In this document: positions 13,583-29,188 of the stretch, piece after piece
Numbering within the stretch: the first letter of the stretch is position 1
How the letters are laid out: every line of letters begins with the position of its first letter
Source: Azolla caroliniana
Lineage: Eukaryota > Plantae > Polypodiophyta
DNA length: 64,000 nt
NCBI GenBank assembly: GCA_043228905.1
Contig: JBHGNT010000011.1
Span: 20,646,001 to 20,710,000, forward strand
Direction of reading: 5' to 3'
Program-made: the position numbers and the translations under genes
Notes under the pieces: model-generated
Told to the model about the DNA's origin: nothing
Databases searched by the model: none
Seen by the model: only the letters and a program-made list of their open reading frames with translations

Positions 13583-14049
13583 TGTTATTTTGTTGGAAGG
13601 CAAATTGCCTTTTTGTTGTTCCTATTGAGGAACAATGGCATTTGTTTGATTTGAATTGGGGAATAACATTTTGTGATTGGAATTTCGATTTTGATAGTTA
13701 GGAAGGAGTATGAGAAGCTCCATTATAGATGTATATATATGTTTATCTCAAGCTATTTGATGTCACTATTTGATTATTTGATTGGACAATCTGCATGATG
13801 TGGATGCATATTAAAGCACGTGCATGCCTTTTGAGGTAGGGGGCTTCTCGGGCATGGTACAGAACTGTTGAATGTTGCAAGACAAATAATTTGTTGCACA
13901 CAACCTTGGAGTCCAAATTGGCTTGAACCTCACATTTATGACAATCACCAAACTGAATTGTAGGTATGGTAGGAACAAATGTGCCTCTTCGAAGCTTGGG
14001 CAAATGCTTCTAAAATTTCAAGATGAATATCAATTTCCTCACTATTGAT

Positions 14050-14170
14050 ATTGTCGCGTGCGGAAGGAAATGCGTTATCGTAGTGAATCAATCCACCACT
14101 ATTAGAATGGCATCAAAGCCTTTGGAAGATATGAGATTTATACCTGAATCCCCATAAAATATTCAATCTG
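14050..14170 (-). mobile_element. Highly decayed Ty3/gypsy integrase fragment
   Basis: The minus strand reads SSKGFDAILIVVD*FTTITHFLP, resembling the gypsy integrase motif GFDAILVVVDRFTKMAHFIP. Confidence 0.5.
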
Positions 14171-17100
14171 CGATAATCCAAAAAACGTGAAGCATCATTC
14201 TTCTCAACAAAGAAGATGTGCACAAAAAGGGATCTCGAATGCTATATAAATCAACTTGCCAAATTGACATTCATATATCCTTAACTTGCAATGCTGAAAG
14301 GTTGTAAATTTCCCCACCCATAAAGGCATACTGATTGAACACGAACGCAATTGATGCTTCAAGATTCTCGCATGTTTCATTGAATTAAAAATATACATGA
14401 ACACTTGATACTTTCCCAATAGCTAGATCTCAAAACTTTGTGGAATGGATGACGAAGTTGCTAACACCACGAATACAAATATTTTCTATAGAGAGATAAT
14501 CGAGATCTAATGGGATCTAGAATCTGAAATTGTTGAGATGGGAGAATGCAGAATGGTTTTTCTTTGTGACTCGGTTGCTTGATTTTTCTAGAACTCTTTG
14601 ATTGTCGGATATAAAGGTAAGAAGGAGATCCTTTATATTCTTGTGAAAACCCATTTCGGAAATGATCCCATTAATGCTTCTCCATCTCATGCAATGACAC
14701 ATGCCAAAAAGGAAAGTCAAATACATAAGCTGAGGCAGGACAATCTCCTTGTCACAATCTTTAGATCTTATTGTCTGTTGTCTTTAATTTATTTCCATCT
14801 CCAACGTACACTTGGAATTCCTTATAACACCATTCACGTCTTCTAGCAATAGACACCTCCTCTCAAGCTATGATGTTGCTTGATGTGAACCCCACCAATG
14901 TGGTTTTCTCATTAATAGGTATTGACAATGCAACATTGGTTGGGTATTGATTGAGATGTTGAATCATTTTGACATAATGCAGATGCAAGAATCCTTAGAA
15001 TTGCAATCATATATCATCAAACTTAGTTGGGAGACTTATCTTGGCTGTTTTAGAGAGTTTTTGGGACTAGACTTACATTGGTAATAGAACTGTTTCTAGT
15101 TGTTTAATCCATCGTGATAGATCATTGTATTATTGTGCTTCTCAGAACTTACATGTTGCAAGTCTTTGAGAAAACTCTGATTCTCTTGGTCTATTCTAGT
15201 TCTACAAGTTTGGTTGTGAGGCACTTAAGCTCAGATAGCATGTGTATGACAAGCATTTCTCTTTGCGTACTAATGTACTCCATAACAAGACGAAAAGCTC
15301 TACAAGTTTCTTGAAAGAGGGAGTAGAAGAACTGGATTCCGGCTCAAACCTGTAATAATTGACCCAAAAACAACAGTGAATTGGAAAATTAAAATAGAAA
15401 ATGAATGTTTGTACTAAAAACAAGAAAAATAAGAAGTAGAAGGGTGTGCCAAGGACTGATGTTGAGCCACAACTGTTTGACAGGCTTTATCACTTCTGAA
15501 CCCTGGTCATATACATGGTTGCCACCTAACATTGCATGAACAATACCTATATATTTGTGATTAAGGAGAACATCTGTTTGATTCTTCCCAAAATGTATGA
15601 ACGTTTGTGTGGTCATGAGAGTGTATACTCAAACTGCGACGTTTTAAGAGATTAGAGAGGCTAATAGGTTTACATGATTGTTAAAATGAGAAGTATTAAA
15701 CTTTGATGACCCCATGGGGTAGTTTGTTTTGAATAATGAGTGTTTGTATGTCAATAAATCCGAGTTTTTGAGCAGTAAGTTGTGTTCATTGATTATTTTC
15801 GAGCTTCTAAGGCAAGGATTTTAAAATCGAACTTTTTCATCAAGATCACCGTATAGAAGGATGCTTTTAATCATTATCTTTGACTTTACTCATCTTTGTA
15901 GAGAGGAACATGGTGATAAAAATTACCTGGACATCAAATCTACATGCTCATTATCCCATTGGCTCACATCTAGTGCCTTATCTTGCAAATATCTCGAGAT
16001 CTCTAGGATTATCTAATGCTTTACAAGGATATTCATCTCTTTGAAGCAATCCGTAGTGCTATAGGTCAAATCACGATAACTTTACATCAATTTACAATAT
16101 AATTTCACTTCTAGGTGAGTTGCACCAAATGCATGCAGTTCTCTCAGTAGAAGTTCTATTTCCTTACCGATGTCATGTTGTGGGCCCGGATTGTGGTTTA
16201 CCAATCTTGATATCATTGTTGATGAGGAGTGTTGAGTTGTGAAGCATATGACATGTACTTGAGGATGGTAGGTTCCTCGGGTGTGAATTCTCATTCCTTG
16301 GACTTTGTTTTTTCATTCCTCTTTCTCCTCACATGCTCTATGCCAAGGGCGATAAAACCATGGTCGACCAAGTTCTTGTTTGAGCCTTCAACCGTTGGTT
16401 TGTGTCTTGGTTGAATTCTTGATCATCCTTTGGGGTTACAACCCAGTCGCCTTGCTTCAAACTTTGTCATGATCAATTGGTCATCCAGGAGTGGGCTTCC
16501 TTCTTGCTTGGGCACTTTTTGGGTGCAGAGGTGAACATAGTAGGTCTTATTACCTTTTCACATATAAATTACATCACGTCCATCCATTAGCAACCATCTA
16601 ACCCCTAAGAAAATTCTTCCCAATAACTATCATAATTCACTTGGTTGGTTGATCTCTTGACCACGAAATTAAGGTAGAACTCAACCTTATTTACCAATTA
16701 CTTAGGGTAACTATCAACACATTAGTCATACTTGGGTTTGCATTAGAAGCAACCATTTTAGGGCTACCCAAAATTTGTGGCAATAAGGATTGATGATGCT
16801 AACTCTTGTGTTGTTGTTGGGAGAGTGAAGATGGTGAAGTTCATGCTTTTTGTTTGTACTCACCAAACCACTTGTGTGAAATTAGAGCCAAGTTGAAATA
16901 TGCATATTATCTAGTCAAGTGGCTACACTAAACAATCTAAGTCACAATAACATGGCCTAATGTATTTCATTACCAATGGAGGATATTTTTTATGGAAAAA
17001 AAACATGGCCTAATGTATATGAGCAATGAGCTTCATGATAAAAGTTTTATATCAATAAATAGATTATGGTTCAAGTTGTTATAAATAATATTTATCAAAT

Positions 17101-20100
17101 GTATTCATACTAGTTAATTTAGAGCTTGTAAATTGTAATTGAGATAATTTATCTACATAACTTCATTACCAAGGTGGTTAAATAACCATAAATGGGTAAA
17201 TTTGTTTGTTTATGACAGAAAGTTGAAACTAAAATATATGTTGAAAGTAAGGTTAGTAAAAACTAAAATTTAGATCGACATTCCATTCCAACTCAACAAG
17301 TCAATATGAATGCTTAATGTATCTGAGTTCTTTTTTGGCAAGCGTTTTCAACATTTTCCTTATAATTCAGATTTGCATGATTACACATAATGTTCAAACT
17401 TAGATAGCCATCGAGCAAGTCATACTATGATACTACAACTTCTATAAAGAATATCACAGGGTATGTTCTTACTTTACTTCAGGTAGGCCATATGTGAAAT
17501 CTACATATGACAACTTTTTCTTACTCACTTTATGCTAATCTCAAAAAGATCCACAATGTCCTCTTAAATCATTCATCAAAGTTTCAAAATTTCCTTTTGT
17601 TATTGCGTGAATGCCCAATGTCTAAAGGATGAAAAGAAACCTTCTCTAATTGACAATCTTAGTGCTATGTAATCATGGCCACTAGAATATCTACCCATGA
17701 TGTATAGCAGGTTCACATTTATTTTGATGTACAAGGTGTTGACAAAATGAAATTATATGATTGTAGAAATATTTATAAACAATTTGTTTCTTAATGTTCT
17801 ATTTTAAGGGCTTTGATAAGGATTCTTTTGCATTTTTGCCTTAACAAACAAAATACAAAATGTTTGCAAATTCTCCCTCATAATGGCACAAAATGCAATT
17901 ATAAGGTGATTATTATGGGCATAACACAAGGGACCAAATCCAACAACAAATTTTTAAATAGTTTAATGGTAAGATAAGTAGGGAACCAGTTATTCTAGGA
18001 CCCAAGACAGACCAATGAGGATATCTATGAACATGTGGTGGTTTGAGAATGTGAAGGAGTTCATTGCCATAAAGTAGGCTAACATTCCCCTTTCATTATT
18101 GGCCTATCTTAGACATTATTGTGACTTTATTGGTGATGCAAAATTGTTATTATAAGGATTGATATTCATCTCAACTTCCAAGGTATACAATTATATAATA
18201 TTTAATGGTATGGGACGTCAATGAATTTTTATGTGTGTCTTTTGGGGGTGGTTAGTGTGATTAAGCATCCTTAAACAAGTATATCTTCTAATCCTTAATT
18301 GATCACTTATCATTAGTGGTCACTCATAATAATAATGCACAATCAATCCATCAAATTGTGGATGCTAATTAGATATTGTAGCTTTGGTTAGTCAATATAA
18401 ATAAAGTAACCTTGCCAGTAACTAATTAATTTTGATATGCATTGTTTAGCATATGTATGGATAAGCCAAATTCTATGCTTGTTTTAATAATTGTGATAAT
18501 TTTAAGTTAAAGGGTTTAATAGGTCAATGTGTTAGAATATTGTGATAGCAAAGCAAATGTCACATGTTGTAGACCTATGTGTGCCATTAGGAGCTCTAGG
18601 CTTTGCTCTGGGTTTGATGACATCCAAAAAATTGGATCCTCTACTATACGTTGAGTGATGTACATTGAGTGATGCTAATGAGGTTGTAGGATCAAGACCT
18701 ACTAGGTCTAGTACAAACTACAAAACCTATCGAGATTAATAGCAATTTATCTTTACCACACCTCAATAGGTTAATAGAACAAAATATTCTCTTAATTATG
18801 TGAAGGTTGTAGACACTAGAACTTTTTGAAACACTACAAACCTTAATTACATGGTCAAGCATTATGATTTTGATAGGATGATTGAATCTTCTATTTTACA
18901 TTGATTGATAAGCATGCGCACGTGTATGGTTCACCTAATTTCAATACTCCTAAAACTCAAGTTAATGTCGAGGCAAGGTGTTGATAGTTCAATGAATTGG
19001 AGTGTGGTCCAAATAGCCCAAAGGAACTAGATTAGAGAACTACTATAGAGTGTAGACAAAAATGTCCTCTATTTTTATTGAAAATTTCCGAATAATGGAT
19101 TTCCATGTAATTATGTCAAGATCTTGATTACTCTATGACCAATATTAAGTTATGGAGTTTTTTAAGACATGGACTAATTAAGCAAAAACTATGCTATTTT
19201 TGCAAATACACTATAACAGTATTTCGTTTTGAAAAATTCCCCTACACTTTATGTGGTCTTAGTGTCTAGCTAATGTCCATTCCTTAGCTACTACCAATTG
19301 TCCACCTTTCCCAAGTTTTAACTCCATATTATATATGGTTTTTAAAACTCAAGTTTAGCTACCTTGTTGTGTCCGTCAATGTATATGATATTAATTCTCA
19401 ATGTGAGGATTTACGAGCATATATAGTATATAATATCTAGTTATATTCCATATTTCCTACATATAATGCTTTAGGAAATTTGAGGGGGAACTTCACACAT
19501 TTTCGTTGCATGTCCAAACAAAGCAATGTTCTACCCTTTGAGCCTAATAAGGATGTCATTTGTTATTTTGAATGTACAAGTGGGAAATAACATGTTGCAT
19601 TACTTTATCGATCCATGTGCTTCATATTGGCCTTTTAAAGTTGTATTTGCATAAAGTTCAATTCATGAGAAAAGGAAACCAAGAGAGGAGAGGGGAGGTC
19701 TTGAGATAGGAGTAGAGAGGTCATGAAATAAGTTGTGAAAGTGGTCAATATGTGCTTGTTCACGTTTTCAACTTTGTCTCTTTTTTTGCCATATCTCCTT
19801 GATATTGTGTAATTGATTGAAGTATTGAAATTTGGGAATGGTTTGGACTATGATCATCTTGTGTAGATCATGCCATGTAAGCTTTATCTTAGTTATTAAG
19901 AAAGGAGACTACTAGAGGGAATACACATGGAATGGAACTAAATCCGCAAATCTCTTCAAATGAGATTTGTCATGTCTCCCATTTTGAGGAAGATCGTTAT
20001 CCCAACATGGAAACTATACATATGTTCATATCCTTTAGAATGTATAACCCTCATGTCTCGCGATCTAGGAGTAAAGCTAGGGCATATGAGATGGTTGGAA

Positions 20101-21897
20101 GGAGGGTTGATAACATTCAAGTTGAAGAGCAACCACACCCATGCACATACACATACACATACACATACATGTATTGCATATTTATTTTGAAGGCCCTAGA
20201 AATAAGGAAATCAAAAGCATAATGTCTTGTTGCACATTGGGTTTCCATTTGCAAGGTCCATAATAATCAATATATAGAAACAAAGTTGATTTAAAATTGG
20301 TTGGTTGGGAACCGATATTGAATGTGGAACATTACATTTTCTTTGCATAGTTAGAAATTGAAAGTTGGTGCGCCATATTTCTAAGGTCTGAAACTGAAAA
20401 TAGATGCAAAACATTGAAACTTTATGTCAAATGCACGCGGGCTAAGTTGTGTAAAACGACACATGAAAATATAAAGCCGTTTTTCTTGGACACATGATAT
20501 TATTGATAAGAAGATGGAATGTTTGTAAATCTTATGCTGTCAAGTAGCAGGAATTTCAACTTGACAAAGATAACCCTTTGGTTGCATGCTACAAAAGGAT
20601 GAGACTAATGAGTCTAGCGATGGGAAAATAAATTCAGTTACCAATAATTGTGGGGTTGGCCCTAATCAAGACATATACAACATAATTTCATATATGAATC
20701 AATTTGATGCTACTAGTGTCAAAATATAAATAGTTCTTGACGAAATGTATATAACCGAAGTGAATGGACAACAACTATTATTGTGATGTAGGGTATTTTG
20801 GATAAGAGAGCACATTAATGATGTAATGAAAATGACAATATATTGGGGTTTAGCATAGTTTCAGAAAATCTTTGTATGCATCCAAATCCCCTCGTTGCAA
20901 GGTAATTGAAAATTTTCATAGACAATATTAAGGAGTAATCTACGTGTTTCCATTTGGACGAAATGGTACCCATTGGATACACAAACTTCTTCATTGATGT
21001 TTTACTTTTTCAAACCTAATGTTTGAAACGTCATTATCAATGATAAAGATTTCGCATTCAAACTCCACCTAGGCTTGAAGAGTTTGCCTAAGTCTAGTAT
21101 TCCCTTGTTTGAAAGGGATAATTAAGTCATAATCTCTTGTATAACTAGAAATAAGGTGGTTCTTTCACATGCCTACTGACTTGGTTAAGATGTTCAACAT
21201 CCTAGTTCATATATGTAGAAGCCCCATAAGACGAGAAGGATTTTTTGTTTTTTGACCACCAGAAAAATCAAGGGAAGCCTATAAAATATTTGCCTCTCAA
21301 GCTAGTTCTATTTCTATCTCTTTAACGGGAAGCCGGTGCTCCCCCCCCCACAAACACAGACACACGCACGCACGAATGTCAACAACCATAAACACCATAC
21401 AACATGACAAGGGGACATAATTATATTATGAACTATCACCACAAACAATGTGAATGCAAACAGTAATAAGGATGTGGGGTCAGAAGTCCTTATAGTCACA
21501 AAAACCAAACCTTTTGCGACCACAGAAAAGATGCCAAACAAAAAGTATGTATATTAATAATATCATGGAACTTGTAAATTCCCTTATATAAGGGTACCCT
21601 CTTAGGAATCATCTTATCCATCTATATATATATACATACATACATATGCTAATGTTTTCTCTAGTATGTATTTCCCTCCACAAAGGAAAACAATAAAACA
21701 AAAGGAAACATCAAACAAAAGTTGCCCATTGAGCTTGGCTTGACAGAAACAGAGAGAGCACATTCTAAGTCAAGTGTGTGCAATTAGAGCCTATCAAGTG
21801 ATATAAGTAATGTTCTCTATAGTGATCTTAGTCCTCTTCTTCATGTTTTAATCATTGTGGCCATTTCGTTCCCGTTGTGATTCAATATTTGTCAGCC

Positions 21898-23726
21898 ATG
21901 GCGCCCGGCTTCTTTGCTAGAACTATTATAAACGGGGGTATGTCAATTCGGGGCGGTGCACGGACAAGGTTTCCGAACGCGTGCGCTATGAAACCAATGG
22001 CGAGCTTCAACACTTGCCAACACGAGCATCATGACACGCACATATTGTCGCCCATCAATATGCATGGGGCGATGCCGACACAACCAACAAATCTTGCAAG
22101 TGGGATGCTCCTGAATGATTACGACGAGTATAGGCGCGCATTGTGTGGTGGTGGTGCTCTCTCTTACAAAGCTCTCCTTGTCGATGCCGCGGGTACGCTC
22201 ATTGTTCCTTCCGAACCGGCTGCAAAGGTTCGGTACTCCCCATCTAGTAGCATTCACCCATGATTAAACTTGATCCTTTTTATTTTGTTCGGGCTGGTTT
22301 TAAGACTTGGGATCTAGATAATAATGGAGGGGTTGAGAGGGGTTGACCCTAGAAAATGATCCATTCGGGTGTGGAATTAGTGGCATCGAGAAGATTTACC
22401 GGACCTTGTTCATAATTGTTTGAAAACTAAACAATGCCTTCTATACATCATGGGTGCGTGTACCTGTAGCCTTATTGGTGATTATAATGGAGGTTTTTTT
22501 AACAGGTATATCATGATTTTGGGGTGAAATATGGAGTGGAATGGTCCGAAACGGAGATCTTAATGAGGTATCGATGGGCATACGCTCAACCTTGGTCTCA
22601 ATCTCGTCTTAGGTACTTCATTACAACCAATATCATGCATGTCCCTTTGGTTTTATTTGTTTTAAGTTTCTTTTCAAGGTTGTAAAGATTACATGGACAA
22701 GTGCTTTCCATGAAAGCTAATGTGATGGCCTACATAGATGTTAAAAACAACCTAGTGCAACATATTGTGGTTTGTTGCCATATAACTACAAAATTTGCAA
22801 CAAATTGTAATTTTGTCATTAAAGTATTGATGAATATAAAGTGCTTCAAATATAAAGATAAAATATATAATGATGTTTTAAGTTCTTTTTTTTAAACTAT
22901 GGATGTAGGTATGAGAATGATGCTCGTCCATTTTGGCAATTCATAGTGGAGAAATCCACGGGGTGCAACAATCCAGCATATGTAGAAGAGTTGTACCAAT
23001 ATTACTCAACAGCTCAAGTAAGATTGAAAAGTTCTTTTTGCTAGGATAATTGTGAGTAAATGTTTTTGTAAACATTTGTGTTGGTTCCAATATCCTAGGC
23101 ATGGAGGATTGCGGACCCCAATGCAGGAAAGAGTTTCAAAGCTCTTAGGCGAGCAGGGGTGAAAGTTGCCGTTGTATCCAACTTCGATACAAGATTGAGG
23201 CCTCTCATGAATGATCTCCATTGTTGCGATTGGTTTGATGCCATGATCGTCTCAGCCGAGGTATCAATAACATTTCAACATATGTATATATATAAAATTT
23301 AAATATGTATGTCAAAAATGAATTGATGCAAGACATTTTAAGAAAGATGATCATACAAATCCCTAATTGTAACAATAAATAACATATGTGTTTATGCTTC
23401 CACACTAGGTAGGACTAGAGAAACCAAATCCAGCTATCTTTTCCACGGCATGTGAGTTGTTGGGAGTGCAAGAGCAAGAAGTAGTGCATGTTGGAGATGA
23501 TCGACGTAATGACTTATGGGGAGCAAGGGATGCAGGTTGTGATGCATGGTTATGGGGTGAAGATGTCACATCCTTTTGCCAGGTCTCTTCTTATCTTCTA
23601 GTGCTTGAATTTATGTGAGTTCCTTTGATTATCACCCATTTTCATAATAGTAATAATTTAATTTTTAACCTTCTATAGGTAGCTGAGAAAATTGGGGTCA
23701 AAGTTGCAAAAAGAGGAGCTTACTAG
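21898..23726 (+). CDS. HAD-superfamily hydrolase, HDHD3-like, with a probable N-terminal organellar transit peptide. Exons 21898-22227, 22506-22612, 22909-23017, 23099-23260, 23409-23582, 23679-23726
   Basis: All five introns are GT-AG and the frame is continuous. Motifs: LLVDAAGTL (I), AVVSNFDTRL (II), EKPNPAIF (III), HVGDDRRNDLWGARDAG (IV). Stop TAG at 23724-23726. Confidence 0.93.
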
Positions 23727-24746
23727 GTGTATCACAAATTAACAAGAGTTTCAAGAACTTTGTACCAATGCCACCAAACAACCAATACTAAATTTTTCTT
23801 GATGTGGGGTTGGGGGGGGGGCGCAGCAACAAATCTTTTAGCCTTGTAAATATGTGCCAAATGCTTTGTACTAAATTCTATGTTTTAGTTCCTTGATTTT
23901 TTAGAAAGATAAGTTTTGATGAACTTTTTTGTCTTAGATTATCATTTCATTACCTTGTCACACTTGGATTATTGTATTAAGCAAGATGGGGGAAGGTTAC
24001 AAATAATACTAAAGGAAAATAAATGATAGGAAATGGGGTTAGGCGTGAGCTAGGAATATATAGATCTTCCATAGAAGTACACATAGGAGTTAGAAACAAT
24101 CCAGTAATGGTGGGAGAGTGAATGGGATATCTATGGTATCGGATTCATTCAATGCAAATGTATCTCCTATTCACAAATCTAATGGAGTGTTCACAAACAA
24201 GGTGTTTGTGGTTGCGCTTGTTATCTTGGCATACCCCTTTAAACTCAATGTGTCATATTATTATGCAAATGACGAGCTTTGTTTTCTTTTTCTCCCTCTC
24301 AAGATCAACAAATCAAGAGTTGCGATTTTTTTCCAAATTGTACACTCCAAGTGCTTTGGTAATTATATATTCCATTTTCTCAATAAGTTTAGATATGCTA
24401 GAGATATTTGGCTATGATTCAATCTGAAATTGATTGGTAATGCATCTCATGTAGTTACTTGCCAATTGAATGTTGTTAAGGTTAACACATTAATTAGAAT
24501 AATATTAGGTTATCCATTGGGATGTTGAAGTCTTTGTGAGCCAAATGGCTTCACAAGTGACAATTGTTGCATCCCTATTCTTTATCCCGATGCACTCAAA
24601 TTGGTTGTGTTTTACTACTTACTCTAATGTCCATAGTCAGCCCTTGAAATTCTGGCCCAATTGGAGTGTGTGTATCCTTTTTGTCAAAGCTATGGTTCTA
24701 CTTTTTAGGATTTTTTTCTTCTAAACAACATATCCTTCCATTAGTT

Positions 24747-27215
24747 TTAAAAAGGCATATCAACGACAAAATACAAAATAGTTGGAAAGGAAGTGACTAT
24801 CCTTCCCAAGCCCATCTTGCGTAAGACAATGGCTAGCCATGGATCCTTCAAGTGATGAAATTGATTGAGCACTCCCTCAAATTTCCCATTCTCAGCAAAT
24901 CTTGCAATCATGCATTCCAAGAGACTTGTTCCTAGACTGAAAGCTTGTGAAATACTACTTGTGCCTCGGCAAGTGACCCACATTTCGCATACATATCTAC
25001 TAATGTATTGCCAATGAAATAATATATTTCAACAACTTTTTGTACAATATCCTTGTGAATTTCATTGCCTGCTAATGTAGCTCTAATGCTACCACATGCT
25101 TTCAGGCAACAAACAAGTGTGACACAAGTCTTTGCATTTGCACAAAGAGGGAGAGTGTTGTCTCACTAAATCCATGTTCCACATATCCCTAATACTACAG
25201 TAAGCAAGTCCTTCAAATTCCCACACATTGTTTGAGTCCAAGAAGAGTTAATTGTTGTCTTCAAAAAGATTGTATAATTCAAGAAGCATGCCAAACTGCA
25301 TGAAACCAACACAACAATTGAAATCCTATTTCAAACATTCGAGGATGACATGGTTCTCTCTAAATCTCCATTTAAAATTGCCCATACTGCCAATATGGGT
25401 CCACACCAAACCATACCACAAATTGTTTGAGTCAAGGGAGAGTTAAGTGTTGTCTTCAAAAAGATTGTATAATTCAAGAAAAGGCCAAAATGCATGAAGC
25501 CAACATAACAATTGAAATCCATTACACCACGTAAGACCAAAACTGTTGAGCCTTTGTTTTACCAAAATGAGAGATGATTGAAAGATTCGGGGCTACACCC
25601 TCCATTTGGATCTAGATCAGCATATATTGAAGCTCTTCAACATAACCATACTCATCATATTCACAAATTAATGCAATCCAAGATACTACATTACCCTTAG
25701 ATAAATGTTGTCCACTCAGAAAATAAACATCTAACTGAATCTATGTAAAACAATGGAGCACTTTGTTATTGGCCCAAACTCAGGATATCTTGGAAGCAGT
25801 GTGTTCCACAAGACTATATAACTGATCAAGCTGGTAGTCTTGCTCAACATACCCTGAGATAAGTGTTGTCCACTTAGGAAATAAACCATACAAGATCATG
25901 TTTCAAACCCTATTTGCAAATACTGTTGTGCACTCTCTTGTCCTTTTTCTACTGCTCAAATACTTCCACATGTTTTCAATCCCCAAACAAAGGCCACGCC
26001 ACGACATTCAGAGATATACCTTTTGAATCCATACTTGAGTGGCATATAAGAGCATCCTCCCCACGCTCATTTCCAGCATATCCTGAAACCAGCGTTTTCC
26101 AAGAGACTATATTTTGTAATGGAAGTCTTTTGAACACATTGAGTGCCTATGCAAAAATGTCGCATTTCGTATATATAGTCTCAAGATTTTGCAACATAGT
26201 GCAAGCCTTGAGCAAAGACACATAAGGTGGAATAAAATAATCCATTTTATGGCATCATAAGGTTGGCCACATTGAATGCATCCTGTGATGCACGCATTCC
26301 AAGCAACAATTGTCTTCCTAGGTAGTTCAGTGAATACTTGTTCAACTTTTACTAGGTCAACACATTTTGCATACATCTATACTAAACTACTTCCAAGATG
26401 GTTATTCTTTGCTAGAAAACCTCTTTGGAGAATTTGAGAGCCTTTAAAATGAAAATGAATGAGATCACATAAGGAGAAAGCCGCTCACTTTACATACGTT
26501 CAAAACACTTCAGTGCTTCAAAACCATCTACTGAAATCAAAATAGTCCAACATTGCCATTGAGTCCAAAAAACAAAAGATGTGAGCCTCCCAAGACCAAA
26601 CTCACTATTGAAGCATTCCACATCCCTTGATCTCGAAATCGAAGCTTTGAAAATATTTCTTGTGCCTCACTAAATAAACCCCAACAAATCTTCTACTAGG
26701 CCGTGCTCAACATATCCTATAATCAATGCATTCTACGAGACAACATCTCTGATTGCAAGAATATCAAATACATCTTGTGCATCGAACAGAGAGCAACACC
26801 CATACATCCCTATCACACTATTCCCAATACAAATATCACTTTCGAAACCATCCCATATAATCTCTACATACATTCTTCGTACTTTTTGAACGTCTCCTAC
26901 TCTTCCACATGCTTTGAAGCATCATGAATATGTTAAAACATTTGGGATAATCTCCTCCAACTGCATTTGCTAAATACATTGCAAAACTTCACTAAAAGGT
27001 CCATGTTCGGCGTATCCCGTAATCAATGCATTCTATGATACATAGATATGAACCATTTCAATGCTTCTTCAACATGCTCATGTTCAACATAGTTTGCAAT
27101 CAACACATTGCAAGCTATTCCATAGACAGAAACCAAAGTAACTACATCCGGAGATAAGCCCTCGCAACTTATAGCTTTGAACCATTTCAATGCTTCTTCA
27201 ACATGCTCATATCAT
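24747..27215 (-). pseudogene. Decayed PLS-class pentatricopeptide repeat (PPR) gene
   Basis: Scattered minus-strand PPR motifs: GNTLVDMYAKC (about 24980-25015), GSSLVDMYAKC...VFTELPRKTIVAWNACITG (26107-26400) and EHVEEALKWF (about 27050 and 27180). Many frameshifts, plus an internal duplication of about 195 bp at 25235-25520. Confidence 0.8.
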
Positions 27216-28516
27216 CAACACAACAAATGTATACATCCTAATACAACAACTTTTGACAGTTTGTCTCCACTCATCCTCACCAGAAAATGAGAAAACCACT
27301 CCCCAAATTTGAAAAGTAAATGAAAACATTTTGTTGTACACATTGATTTTTTTAACGCAATTTCAAGGTGTTTGCAATGAACTACGTTTTGTTGCAATTG
27401 ATAGATCTTAATATGTATATTTAAGTGATTAACTCTTGACCTCTTGACCTCTTGACCTCTTGAGTGCTTGATTAGGATTTAAATTTAGAGTTTGCTTGCT
27501 TGTTTATTACTATTCACTTGTAGGATTAGGAGTGAATTGACACACACTTCCATGAATCTCGCCAACAATAGAGTAGATGTTGTCTTGGTTTCCTTGTAGT
27601 GCTTGGGTACTAGAATAGTTAAGTAAAGCTAGGTAGAATGTGTGGTTAGTCCTAAACTTTCCTCCTTGAATGAAGGGAACATGAGAAATCACTAGCATAT
27701 CTATTATGCAAACTAGTCATGCTCACATACAAGTGAGAGATAATTAAGGTTTGTGTTCAACTGCTTGAAGTAGATAGATTATTGTCCTCAGAAGTAAAAT
27801 ATGACCAATGAGACCAAAACTTAATCGAGGAATGGCTTTCTATATTCAAGATCTTTATTGGTCTACCCCAATTAGCAAATAATGATATGTATATGGAATC
27901 CTTATTGTGCACCCCTTCCATTATGAGATTAATTATAAGAGTAAAAAATGGGGTTTAGAGAATGCATAATAGATTTAAAGAAGATTATTGTCCTACCTCC
28001 ATAAACTAAGCTAATGACTAATCAAAATATCTAAAAAGGAACAATAAACGTCAAACACTAAAACTATGGTTTTAAAAGGAAAAGGACAAGAGGCTACATT
28101 AAGAAGTTGCTCACGTAAAACCATTATTAACTTCTTGCAAATAGCTTATGACCTTACTTTCCAACTTTCACCAACTACTTTTAGTAATCAATATAGTGTA
28201 ATCTTAAATATTTATAGCCTACTTAAATATTCTAGAATTAATTGAAATGTATATCCCTTAAAGGACTAACACTACCACTTGCCCATGGATCACTGATTCA
28301 TGGCGAATGAATCTACAATACCCCAAAAACAAAATATAAAAAATAAACAAGCCTATTTTGATGTTATTTGCTGACGTAATGAGTTGTTGGTCCCCATTTC
28401 CTCCAAATGTCCAACCATGGTAAGGTTATACTTACTGCAGGTTGAGAGATCGACTAAGTTGACGTAGAGAACTTGAGGGTCCCCATTTCCTCCAAATGTC
28501 CAACCAATAGTTGACT

Positions 28517-28870
28517 TGAGATGTTAATTGCTCGTCCCTTACTCAACGATTATGAATCTTTGGATCCTATTTTGGCTTTATTTACTCCGTTGGCTACAAA
28601 CTTCCAAACGATTTGATAGTTTAGCTTTAATAGGATTGCTAAATCTAGTTGGAGAATCAAGATTAGATTTACTACTAAAACTTATTTGGTTGAGGTTTAC
28701 GTCGATGATGAAAATTTATCGTTATGTGTCTTGGGCCACCACAATACAGATATTTGCTAATTTGCTCGATGTCCCTATTTCTAACTTCTGTCAAGGGTCC
28801 TTGGTGACATGTATTATCAATGTCCACTAGAGTAGGGCCAACTTGAGGATAGGCCAACGTGCATAGTTCC
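28517..28870 (-). mobile_element. Old gag fragment related to the chromovirus family at 48-58 kb
   Basis: PTLVDIDNTCHQGPLTE...LYCGGPRHITINFHHR aligns with [45 protein letters not shown] (51151-51470). Confidence 0.75.
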
Positions 28871-28888
28871 CCATGATATTGTTGTCAC

Positions 28889-29188
28889 TCATGCATATGT
28901 TTGCTCCGATCTAGGACGTGACCATTGCTAACGCTAGAAACATCGCTCAAATTAATGGTTGTCACATCATACACCTCGAATGAGTGTGCCTTGGTAAGTG
29001 ATTAAGGATTTTCGTGAAATGTGCAAAAAAGTAAATTCTTCAGATATTTACAAACCATTCATGCATATGTTTGCTCCGATCTAGGATGTGACCGTTGCTA
29101 ACGCTAGAAACATCGCTCAAATTAATGGTTGTCACATCATACACCTTGAACAAAGTGCCTTGGTAAGTGATTAAGTATCTTCGTGAAA
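28889..29188. repeat. Two-copy tandem duplication, about 170 bp period
   Basis: tcatgcatatgtttgctccgatctaggaYgtgacc...ggtaagtgattaag occurs at 28889 and 29059. Confidence 0.9.
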
